From Erysipelothrix inopinata (GTDB lineage Bacteria > Bacillota_I > Bacilli_A > Erysipelotrichales > Erysipelotrichaceae), in NCBI RefSeq assembly GCF_014396165.1, contig NZ_CP060715.1:840001-872000 (forward strand): a stretch of DNA of 32,000 bases. Reading direction: 5' to 3'. The translations under genes and the position numbers were made by a program. Every line of letters starts with the position of its first letter. The stretch's first letter is position 1. Positions 1 through 7,313 of the stretch are shown here, one piece after another. The notes beneath the pieces were generated by a model. The model was not told the DNA's origin, did not search any database, and worked only from the letters and a program-made list of their open reading frames with translations.

Positions 1-432
1 AGTTTTAGCAAGCTCTACGGCACGATCATAAGATTGTGGATATAAAGCTTTTATTTCTAAACTAAAGAAGGAAACAATCGGTTCACCTCTCAAAATCCGT
101 GTATATGCAGCGGCAAGATGATCTGATAAGGTTATAAAATGTTGTGTTTGAAGTTCACGATATCCGTGGGATCCAATTGCAGCAACAGTGTCCATAACCA
201 TGTCGACGATATGGTCATCAAAGCCATTAATAATACGATTAAATTCATTAGTCTGTGTTAATAACTTGTACATCTTATCATACTCAACGCCACGTTTTAA
301 TGTGTCGTTAGGTTTCAGACCAAAAGCAATACCTTTCCCCATAATAACAACTTCAAAGAATAAGTCTGAAGCAATTAAGGAGCTGTTGTTTAAGATACGT
401 TTCACCTTGTAATTTCGATTTAATGTATTCAT
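1..432 (-). CDS. BglG/LicT/SacY-family PRD transcription antiterminator. Contains the N-terminal CAT RNA-binding domain and the start of PRD1. The 3' end runs off the window.
   Basis: Not in the ORF track because no stop lies in the window. The reverse complement from ATG at 432-430 (GGAGGA five nt upstream) reads MNTLNRNYKVKRILNNSSLIASDLFFEVVIMGKGIAFGLKPNDTLKRG...ITLSDHLAAAYTRILRGEP. It stays open to position 1 (144 codons). The pattern matches the LicT/SacY CAT domain (K-I-NNN-V...V-MG-G-AF) and the PRD1 motif (SLTDH). Confidence 0.8.
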   Translation of the reverse strand, partial: MNTLNRNYKVKRILNNSSLIASDLFFEVVIMGKGIAFGLKPNDTLKRGVEYDKMYKLLTQTNEFNRIINGFDDHIVDMVMDTVAAIGSHGYRELQTQHFITLSDHLAAAYTRILRGEPIVSFFSLEIKALYPQSYDRAVELAKT

Positions 433-498
433 AGGTCCTCCATAATTAGACAGTTCTATTATACACTAAAATACAAAGTTTATAGCGAAACACTGAAA

Positions 499-2838
499 CT
501 ATCGTTTATGATTAAGTCGTTTATTTTTTAATACAAATAGGAATCCTGCACTAATTAGAACCGAACCAATTATGTATAATGAAGTATTGTTATTAAGTCC
601 AGTTGATGGAAGGGGGTTGTTTTCTTCTTTAGTTCCGTCAGGAGTTTTAGGCTCCTTAGTATCAGGTTTTTCAATTGGATCAACTGGATCAATGATTTCA
701 ATTTCTTTTAGGTTGTCATAACTTTCAAGTAACGAATGCAATGCTTCTTTTAAGTCATCATTTGTAAGTTGCGGTTGGTCAAGTGTTATTTCGTCAAGTA
801 TAGAAGAAGCATTATCATAAGCTAATTTATATTCTTTATAACTTTCTTCGGTATATTTACTTTCTTCAACGCCACTTGTTTTAGCATGTGCATCTTTGAG
901 CTGTTGAATCAGTTCATTATCCAGTGTTGCTGGTTTTGTAAAAGAACCGAGCACACTTTGATCAAGATACTTAGTATCGTTTTCATATGTTTCTTTGAGA
1001 AGTGGGATAATATCTTGAATTTCTTTTGAGTTCCAGAGTGTTTTCGCATCGTCGTTACTGTGTGAGTATGTTTCTACAACATGGAATAATGCACGTACGG
1101 CATTTCTCTTTGATGCAGAAGATGTTTCTGAAACATTAGAAATTTCACCAAGAGTTAGCCCTTTAAGATATTCCATAGTTGATTCGTCACTACCTAAACC
1201 AAGTGCTTGATAGACCGTGTTAGTCACAGGGCCATAGGAATTGGTATTGAAGTTAGCAGTGTAGAATGCATCTGTTTCGCGATTCATGATCGGTGTATTT
1301 CGTGAGTTGGTCATGAGTGCAATGACTACGTTATTATCAGGATCAATGACGGTCACGGTCCCTGTCCATCCAGTATGTCCAACTGTTTTATCACTGGTGT
1401 AGTCAGAGAATGCCCATTTATAGAGTTGAGATTCACCAGCACGACGCCAACCCAGTGCATATGTATCTTGATTTCCTACATTTCCATAAGGAGTGGTGAA
1501 TGTATCAATGACTTCGGGGCTAAAGAAACTGTTGTTTCCCATTCCGCCATTGTTTAACATGACTTGAGCCATCGTAGCAATGTCTCCAGCATTTCCAAAC
1601 AGTCCGGCATGACCACTAATTCCATTCATTGTATAGAATGCTTTTTCGTCATGGACCTCGCCTTGTACGACACCATGGCGAACATTTGAGAAGGTATAAC
1701 GGCCATCACGAGTATTTCCATGGACCTCAGAAGCGGTAACTTGATCTTTAGTGAATCCATTTTGTAATGGATTAAATGTTACAGATTTTAAGCCTAAAGG
1801 CGTCGTGAAATTTTCACGAACATAGGTATCTAAACGTTGTCCAGTTATTTTTTCGACAACAGCTCCTAAGAGCATGAAATCTGTATCAGAGTAAACGTTA
1901 CCTGTTCCTGGAACAGTTGTAAGTTTCGTTTTTAACATCATCTCTAATGCGTGATTACGATTTTGTGTGAATAGTGGATTTCGATCTAAATTTGGATCGT
2001 TAATTTTTGAATTTTCATTGTGATATTGTGGATCGGGTAAAAATCCTGCATCGTGATGGAGTAGATTCGCTACTTTCACAAGTTTTCTATTTTCTACGGT
2101 ATTAATGTCATCCTTAAAGTTGTCAGGAATGTTGATAAAATCTGGGAACAATTCGTAAATAGGGGTATTAATATCAAGTTTCCCCTCAGTTACAAGTTTT
2201 TGAACTGAATATACAGTTGCATACATTTTAGTATTACTTGCGAGATCAAAGAGTGTTGATGGTGTAACTGCAACACGATCTTTTACAGGAATTACATTAA
2301 TGTCATCGAGGATAATAGTACCATTCGCATCGGTTTTACTTGCGTATGCTGTATTGTAACCATAGCCAGTTGATTTAATCATTTGGCCATCTTTTATAAC
2401 AGCCAGTTGTGCAGCGGATAATCCATAAAGAGTTTCTGCTTCAATCATAGCATCGAGAAGTTTAAACCAATCGTTGTTGGAATCGATTGCTTGTGTAACA
2501 TTTGGAAATGGGATTTTAATTGTAACAGGAGATACAGAAGTAACCTCAAGTTTGTTATTTCCGTTATTTACCAATTCAGAAATATCAATAATATTTTTAT
2601 TATCGATATTGAGTTGTTGTCCGTTTAGAATTAGCTTAGTATTCGATAAATCATCACCAAGAATTTCTAATTTAGCACCATTTTTATAAGCTTTAAAGGA
2701 TATTGTTTCGTGTGTATCCTCGATTGTTTTATCTATTTGATACGTTTGACTATCAGCAAAGACCTGAGTTGGAAAACTCAAAAATAACATACTGAAAACA
2801 GCAAGTCCGGTAATGACTTTCTTTAATAATTCTTTCAT
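499..2838 (-). CDS. LPXTG cell-wall-anchored serine hydrolase with a beta-lactamase/PBP-like fold
   Basis: Start moved from 2919 to ATG 2838 (GGAGGG RBS), which gives the signal peptide MKELLKKVITGLAVFSMLFLSFPTQVFA. Has the SxxK motif (ASNTKMY) and an HTG box (GHTGWTGT) typical of PF00144-type serine hydrolases. The C-terminus is LPSTG plus a hydrophobic segment plus KNKRLNHKR. Confidence 0.8.
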   Translation of the reverse strand: MKELLKKVITGLAVFSMLFLSFPTQVFADSQTYQIDKTIEDTHETISFKAYKNGAKLEILGDDLSNTKLILNGQQLNIDNKNIIDISELVNNGNNKLEVTSVSPVTIKIPFPNVTQAIDSNNDWFKLLDAMIEAETLYGLSAAQLAVIKDGQMIKSTGYGYNTAYASKTDANGTIILDDINVIPVKDRVAVTPSTLFDLASNTKMYATVYSVQKLVTEGKLDINTPIYELFPDFINIPDNFKDDINTVENRKLVKVANLLHHDAGFLPDPQYHNENSKINDPNLDRNPLFTQNRNHALEMMLKTKLTTVPGTGNVYSDTDFMLLGAVVEKITGQRLDTYVRENFTTPLGLKSVTFNPLQNGFTKDQVTASEVHGNTRDGRYTFSNVRHGVVQGEVHDEKAFYTMNGISGHAGLFGNAGDIATMAQVMLNNGGMGNNSFFSPEVIDTFTTPYGNVGNQDTYALGWRRAGESQLYKWAFSDYTSDKTVGHTGWTGTVTVIDPDNNVVIALMTNSRNTPIMNRETDAFYTANFNTNSYGPVTNTVYQALGLGSDESTMEYLKGLTLGEISNVSETSSASKRNAVRALFHVVETYSHSNDDAKTLWNSKEIQDIIPLLKETYENDTKYLDQSVLGSFTKPATLDNELIQQLKDAHAKTSGVEESKYTEESYKEYKLAYDNASSILDEITLDQPQLTNDDLKEALHSLLESYDNLKEIEIIDPVDPIEKPDTKEPKTPDGTKEENNPLPSTGLNNNTSLYIIGSVLISAGFLFVLKNKRLNHKR

Positions 2839-2862
2839 TTTTCCCTCCGATTTATGTGTTAT

Positions 2863-2912
2863 AAAAAAGAGCTGAATAACCACGTCAAAAAAAGACAAAA
2901 TTATCCAGCTCT
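2863..2912 (-). terminator. Intrinsic terminator/attenuator inside the 5' leader of the hydrolase gene
   Basis: The minus strand reads AGAGCTGGATAA-(21 nt)-TTATTCAGCTCT-TTTTTAT. This is a 12-bp stem with one G-U pair and a U6 tail, ending about 25 nt before the RBS of the 499-2838 gene. Confidence 0.6.
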
Positions 2913-2938
2913 TGCTCAAATATTTGATGGCACGCCTT
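2907..2938 (-). promoter_or_regulatory. RAT-like antiterminator hairpin, copy B (hydrolase leader)
   Basis: The minus strand reads AAGGCGTGCCATCAAATATTTGAGCAAGAGCT. It shares AAGGCGTGCNATC...GAGCAANAGC with the copy at 3213-3240. Its 3' nucleotides form the 5' arm of the 2863-2912 terminator. Confidence 0.55.
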
Positions 2939-2945
2939 CACAAAC

Positions 2946-2973
2946 ATCATAGTCAAGATTCTGAAAATGTCAA
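2946..2973 (-). promoter_or_regulatory. Sigma-A-type promoter for the hydrolase leader
   Basis: The minus strand has TTGACA (2973-2968), a 16-nt spacer and TATGAT (2951-2946). The predicted transcription start falls on the AA that begins the RAT-like motif. Confidence 0.5.
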
Positions 2974-2979
2974 CCAAAA

Positions 2980-2993
2980 GTTTAGCGCTTACA
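2980..2993. promoter_or_regulatory. cre-like (CcpA) site, weak match
   Basis: The minus strand reads TGTAAGCGCTAAAC against the consensus TGWAANCGNTNWCA. The core matches and the last two positions do not. It lies just upstream of the -35 of the hydrolase promoter. Confidence 0.3.
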
Positions 2994-3177
2994 TGAAAAT
3001 AAATATCACACGAGCATTTCTAACTTGAATATTATTTAATGAAATATATTTTCATGACTATACTAAAAACCTTTAAATAGTGCACAAATCTGCATAAATA
3101 GAATCAGATCAAACCATAGTTATACAAGAAAATAAGCTAAACAAAATAAAATTAAAAAAATCTGTATTTATATTTGC

Positions 3178-3206
3178 TTGACAATTTGTAATGATTGTGT
3201 GAATAT
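3178..3206 (+). promoter_or_regulatory. Sigma-A-type promoter for the PTS EIIBC leader
   Basis: TTGACA (3178-3183), a 17-nt spacer, then TGtGAATAT, an extended -10 with hexamer 3201-3206. Confidence 0.55.
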
Positions 3207-3212
3207 ATGTTT

Positions 3213-3240
3213 AAGGCGTGCAATCGTAAGAGCAACAGCC
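3213..3240 (+). promoter_or_regulatory. RAT-like antiterminator hairpin, copy A (PTS leader)
   Basis: Reads AAGGCGTGCAATCGTAAGAGCAACAGCC, starting about 7 nt after the -10. It folds as GGC/GCC, UGC/GCA and UC-GUAA-GA. Its last 3 nt (GCC) begin the terminator stem. Confidence 0.55.
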
Positions 3241-3286
3241 GAGAAGTTATGGAACTATTTTTCCGTGCTTCTCGGCTTTTTATTTT
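3238..3286 (+). terminator. Leader intrinsic terminator upstream of the PTS EIIBC gene
   Basis: GCCGAGAAG..CTTCTCGGC (9 bp) is extended by ATGGAA/TTCCGT and followed by TTTTTATTTT. It lies between the promoter and the RBS. Confidence 0.7.
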
Positions 3287-3355
3287 GATTTTTCTCAAAA
3301 AGGAGGCGAATTGAGACGACGATTGGACACTTCAATGTTTATTAAGGAGGAGCAC

Positions 3356-4759
3356 ATGGATAATAAACAATTAGCAACTATAATTCTTGAAAGTGTGGGC
3401 GGTAAAGAAAATATCACTACTGCAGCACACTGTATGACACGTCTTCGTTTAAAGATTCGCGACGAAGAAAGTGTAGATTTTGAAAAACTTGAAGCAACAG
3501 AAGGTGTTATGGGGGTTGTGAAAAGTGATACACTGCAAATAGTAGTTGGACCTGGTAAATCTAAGAAACTTTACGACATCTTCACTGAAGAATTTGCTGT
3601 TTCAGCTGGTGGTGATGTTGATTGGGAAGAAAATAAGAAAGCCGTTAAGGGAGCTCAAAAAGAAACAGCTCTAAAACGCGGACTTAAAACAATTTCAAAC
3701 ATCTTTATTCCGATGATCCCAGCAATTATTGCTGCAGGACTCTTTTCAGGGCTTGCATCATTAATTGGGCAATTAACAGGTGCTAAAGAAGGATTCTGGT
3801 TTGTAACACAAACTTTATTCCAATTAATTAGTACAGGATTCTTAGGATACTTTGCTATCTTTACAGGTATCAATGCTGCGAAAGAATTTGGTGGAACGCA
3901 AGCTCTTGGGGGTATGATTGGTGCAATGTCAATTGCAGCACCACTCATCACCTTATCAACATACTTTGGACTTTATAATGCTGAACAACCTTTAAATTCT
4001 ATTCTTACAACTGGTAAGGGTGGTATTATGGGAGTTATTCTTGGTGTTTGGATTATGAGTATGATTGAACGTAGAGTACGTAAAATCGTTCCTGACGTTC
4101 TTGACTTAATTGTCACACCATTAGTAACATTACTTCTTACAGCAATTATCTTTATCTTCGGTGTTATGCCATTAGCTGGTATCTTATCAGACTGGCTCGT
4201 TGCAGCACTAAACGTAATTATTAACTCAAGCAACCCTGTTGTAAGTGTTATTTCTGGATACATTCTTGCAGCTATCTTCTTGCCGATGGTATTGTTAGGA
4301 TTACACCACGGTTTAATTCCTATCTATGCAATTCAATTAGAACAACTTGGTGGGGTTACTCTCTTCCCAGTACTTGCTATGGCTGGTGCTGGTCAAGTTG
4401 GGGCAGCAATCGCAATCTATATTAAAGCTAAGAAAAAAGGTGATACAAAACTCACTCAAATTATTGCGGGTGCACTTCCTGCAGGACTCCTTGGTGTTGG
4501 GGAACCTTTAATCTATGGAGTAACTTTACCATTAGGTAAGCCATTTATTTCTGCTGGTCTTGGTGCTGGTATCGGTGGTGCTTATGTAATGTTAACTAAA
4601 GTTATGGCTGTAGCTTGGGGACCTTCAGGACTTGTAGCTATTCCATTAATGAAAACACCAGCAATGATGTTAAACTTCTTTATTGGATTAATTCTTGCTT
4701 ATGTGGGTGGATTTATCTTCACATTCTTAATGATGAAAGATTCAGACCTCGAACGTTAA
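3356..4759 (+). CDS. PTS EIIBC component, glucose/sucrose superfamily, most like the MurP (N-acetylmuramic acid) / sucrose / beta-glucoside class. It has no IIA domain.
   Basis: Start set at ATG 3356 (AAGGAGG five nt upstream), giving MDNKQLATIILESVGGKENITTAAHCMTRLRL. That is the EIIB phospho-Cys motif CMTRLR. A polytopic EIIC follows, with GLLGVGEPLIYGVTLP and WGPSGLVAIPLM. Confidence 0.85.
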   Translation: MDNKQLATIILESVGGKENITTAAHCMTRLRLKIRDEESVDFEKLEATEGVMGVVKSDTLQIVVGPGKSKKLYDIFTEEFAVSAGGDVDWEENKKAVKGAQKETALKRGLKTISNIFIPMIPAIIAAGLFSGLASLIGQLTGAKEGFWFVTQTLFQLISTGFLGYFAIFTGINAAKEFGGTQALGGMIGAMSIAAPLITLSTYFGLYNAEQPLNSILTTGKGGIMGVILGVWIMSMIERRVRKIVPDVLDLIVTPLVTLLLTAIIFIFGVMPLAGILSDWLVAALNVIINSSNPVVSVISGYILAAIFLPMVLLGLHHGLIPIYAIQLEQLGGVTLFPVLAMAGAGQVGAAIAIYIKAKKKGDTKLTQIIAGALPAGLLGVGEPLIYGVTLPLGKPFISAGLGAGIGGAYVMLTKVMAVAWGPSGLVAIPLMKTPAMMLNFFIGLILAYVGGFIFTFLMMKDSDLER

Positions 4760-4772
4760 TCAAATAAAAATA

Positions 4773-4805
4773 AACTACTCATCAATAATTGATGGGTAGT
4801 TTTTT
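4773..4805 (+). terminator. Intrinsic terminator after the PTS EIIBC gene
   Basis: AACTACTCATCA-ATAAT-TGATGGGTAGTT followed by TTTTT. Confidence 0.7.
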
Positions 4806-4813
4806 AGTGGCCG

Positions 4814-5800
4814 CTAATTCTTGTTTGATTGAATGTTGGAGAGATCCTTGTATGAAATAATATCGTCCATACCTATGAGTCCAAATGGAAGTGAGTCATC
4901 GACCAGCTTCACAGCACTTATTGCTGCAAACTGTCCTGTATAATATGCTTCATTGTAACCGTCAAATACAAGTTCGTCCATGCCGTTTGAAACATGAATA
5001 ATAAAGTAGTCACTTCCAAATTTAGGATTAAGCAAAGCATGTTTGGTTACTTTATAACCATTCTTAGTCTTGAAAAATCCTGATAAATTTAAATTCATTA
5101 ATGTGTGAATCATTCGAGTAGCCATTGGTTTGTCAAACCCCATATAAGTGAAAAAATTGAATTCTGGATATTTATGATTCAAAAGATATTGGTCAGCAAA
5201 GTTAAAATTAAATGTATCATACTTTACCGAGTGATGCATAAACTGGCTGTGCATATTCAAAGGCTTGTACGTTTCATTTTTAAGGGTGTAAGAAACGATC
5301 ATATTTTCTAGAGTCCAATCTATTGCGGCCGAGCCGTGTTTCTCACCTAAACCAAGAATTACATGAATATCAACATTCTTCAAATTTGGATTATCTTTAA
5401 TTAATTGAGTAGCAAGAATATTCGTGACGCCAGGAGCAATACCTACTCCCAATAAAATGGATGATTGATTTGTAAATTCTAGTTGTTGAACTTTATCTAG
5501 ATAGCCACTATTTGCGCTTACATCCATATAATTCAGATTATTATCGATACAGTATTCAACGAGTTGTGTTGAGTTTTGATCGACGCACACTATGACCGTA
5601 TGAACATCGTGAAAAAGTGACTCATCAAATGTATGAATATCAATTTTTATAGATTGAGCATCTCTTAAATTTGAATTAATAAATAATTGGATTTTTTCTG
5701 TATTTCTTCCACCAATCACCAAAGAGTGATGATTAAGAGCTTTAGAGATTGTTTGACCCACAGCTCCGTGACCACCAATAATCATAATTTTATTTCTCAT
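4814..5800 (-). CDS. Saccharopine dehydrogenase-like NAD(P)-binding oxidoreductase
   Basis: Has an N-terminal Rossmann motif (IMIIGGHGAVGQ). Length and layout fit Sacchrp_dh-like proteins. Its start overlaps the marR stop (ATGAGAAATAA), suggesting translational coupling. Confidence 0.6.
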   Translation of the reverse strand: MRNKIMIIGGHGAVGQTISKALNHHSLVIGGRNTEKIQLFINSNLRDAQSIKIDIHTFDESLFHDVHTVIVCVDQNSTQLVEYCIDNNLNYMDVSANSGYLDKVQQLEFTNQSSILLGVGIAPGVTNILATQLIKDNPNLKNVDIHVILGLGEKHGSAAIDWTLENMIVSYTLKNETYKPLNMHSQFMHHSVKYDTFNFNFADQYLLNHKYPEFNFFTYMGFDKPMATRMIHTLMNLNLSGFFKTKNGYKVTKHALLNPKFGSDYFIIHVSNGMDELVFDGYNEAYYTGQFAAISAVKLVDDSLPFGLIGMDDIISYKDLSNIQSNKN

Positions 5801-6200
5801 ATTCTTTTAATGCTTGATTAAGTAAATCAAGTCCTTTCATAAATGTTTCTTGTTCATCTGGTGTCAGGTTATCTTCGAGAGTATCGATTAAAATATTGTG
5901 ACACTCTGCATGATATCTATAAATTCGTAACCCATTATCAGTGAGGGATAATCGTTTGATGCGTTTATCACTTTTATCGGTTTTTTGAATAACATAACCG
6001 TGCTCAACCAATTCCTTGATAAGTTGCGATACTAAACCTTTTGTAACATTTAAATGTTCGGTAATCTCATTTGCAGTTGTTTGGGGATAGGATCCAATCA
6101 TTTCAATGATATGAGTTTGACTTGGATTTACCTCGTTGTTTTTTTCGAGCTCCTTGATACGAATCATAAGGGAGCTGATATTTATCATTAATTTTTCCAT
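5790..6200 (-). CDS. MarR-family transcriptional regulator
   Basis: 136 aa with a winged HTH: TANEITEHLNVTKGLVSQLIKELVEHGYVIQKTDKSDKRIKRLSLTDNG. Confidence 0.85.
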   Translation of the reverse strand: MEKLMINISSLMIRIKELEKNNEVNPSQTHIIEMIGSYPQTTANEITEHLNVTKGLVSQLIKELVEHGYVIQKTDKSDKRIKRLSLTDNGLRIYRYHAECHNILIDTLEDNLTPDEQETFMKGLDLLNQALKEYEK

Positions 6201-6229
6201 AAATATAGTTTAATTTCTAAACTATATTT
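6201..6229. promoter_or_regulatory. Perfect 12-bp inverted repeat abutting the marR start codon; candidate MarR operator
   Basis: AAATATAGTTTA-ATTTC-TAAACTATATTT, read directly from the sequence. It overlaps candidate -10 hexamers (TATAGT / TAAACT on the minus strand). Confidence 0.6.
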
Positions 6230-6253
6230 CGGCAAGAACAATGCACCAAAATT

Positions 6254-6277
6254 AAAAAAACCACCCAAAGGGTGGTT
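6254..6277 (-). terminator. Intrinsic terminator after the D-LDH gene
   Basis: The minus strand reads AACCACCC-TTT-GGGTGGTT-TTTTTT. Confidence 0.75.
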
Positions 6278-6282
6278 GAAGT

Positions 6283-7278
6283 TTAGTTAACTCTGTTTTT
6301 AGTATCTCCAGTATTTAAGACATCTAAGACTGAATTTAGACCAATATTCATAATGTTTCTAACAGATACATCTGTATAGTGAGCAATGTGAGGTGTAAAG
6401 ATGACTTTATCGTGCTTGATGGTTCTAACGAATAATTCGTCTTCGATACCTGATTCGCGATTATCTTTGGGAATATATGCACCCTCATTTTCATAGGTAT
6501 CAAGTGCAGCACCTGCTAACAAGCCATTATCTAATGCTTTGAGTAAATCTTCAGTATTGACAACAGATCCACGTGCGGCGTTTACGAAGTAAGCTGAAGG
6601 TTTGAAGTTCTCGAACATCTTGATATCAAATTGATGAAAATTATCTTTAGTTGCTGGAACATGAAGTGTGACAATATCAGCATCTTTTACAACATCTTCG
6701 ATTGAGTCTTTGTATTCTAAGAAGGATTTAGCTTCTTCATTTTGATAGATATCATAAGCAACTATTTTAGCTCCAAATGCATGGAATAGTTTTGCGGTCA
6801 CACGTCCGATGTGTCCAGTTCCGATGACCCCAACAGTCATTTCATTGAGGAGCCCTGCTCTTATTTCTGGTTGCCAACGGAAGTCATACGCCATTGTTTT
6901 TTCTTGAATCAGTGGAAATTTTCTAACAAGATTCAGCGCAGAGGCAACTGTAAACTCAGCAATTGATTCGGGAGAGTAAACAGGAACGTTACTAATGATG
7001 ATGTCACTCTCACGAGCAGCATCGAGATCATAGTAGTCAAATCCTGCACTTCTTTGTGCAATTTGCTTAATACCAAATCCCTTTAAGATTGGATAAATTT
7101 CGTTAGGGACACGAGAGTTTTGACTGGTTGTTACACCATCAAATCCTTCGCATAATTGAACAGATTCCATATTTAGTTGCCCATCAGCAATAGTAAGTTC
7201 AATATCATTATCAACTGCCCATTTTTTTGCAATCGCAACTTCTTCCTCACGAACATTAAATGCAATAATTTTCTTCAT
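6283..7278 (-). CDS. ldhD: D-lactate dehydrogenase / D-isomer-specific 2-hydroxyacid dehydrogenase
   Basis: 331 aa with the NAD motif GVIGTGHIGRV and full-length resemblance to lactobacillal D-LDH (NVPVYSPESIAEF, FVNAARG, TPHIAHYT). The RBS is AAAGGAGGAAATACA-ATG. Confidence 0.8.
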   Translation of the reverse strand: MKKIIAFNVREEEVAIAKKWAVDNDIELTIADGQLNMESVQLCEGFDGVTTSQNSRVPNEIYPILKGFGIKQIAQRSAGFDYYDLDAARESDIIISNVPVYSPESIAEFTVASALNLVRKFPLIQEKTMAYDFRWQPEIRAGLLNEMTVGVIGTGHIGRVTAKLFHAFGAKIVAYDIYQNEEAKSFLEYKDSIEDVVKDADIVTLHVPATKDNFHQFDIKMFENFKPSAYFVNAARGSVVNTEDLLKALDNGLLAGAALDTYENEGAYIPKDNRESGIEDELFVRTIKHDKVIFTPHIAHYTDVSVRNIMNIGLNSVLDVLNTGDTKNRVN

Positions 7279-7313
7279 TGTATTTCCTCCTTTATTTTTG
7301 TAGTAAGTTATAA

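Noticed and set aside
188-412. 74-aa plus-strand ORF from the track
   Set aside because: It lies entirely antisense to a well-supported CAT-PRD antiterminator CDS (1-432, minus strand). It has no RBS and a low-complexity composition.
2839-2919. 27-codon N-terminal extension of the hydrolase ORF (MSKSWIILSFFDVV...)
   Set aside because: The extension runs through the leader terminator. ATG 2838 has a GGAGGG RBS and yields a canonical signal peptide.
3215-3240. Calling the leader hairpin a canonical LicT/SacY RAT
   Set aside because: The sequence does not match the canonical RAT consensus as I recall it. Only the architecture and a few positions (GG..TG....GCAA.A.CC) are similar. It is therefore reported as RAT-like and non-canonical.
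3655-4263. Two minus-strand ORFs (98 aa and 96 aa) inside the EIIBC gene
   Set aside because: They are antisense shadows of a strongly supported membrane-protein CDS. They have no RBS and no recognisable domains.
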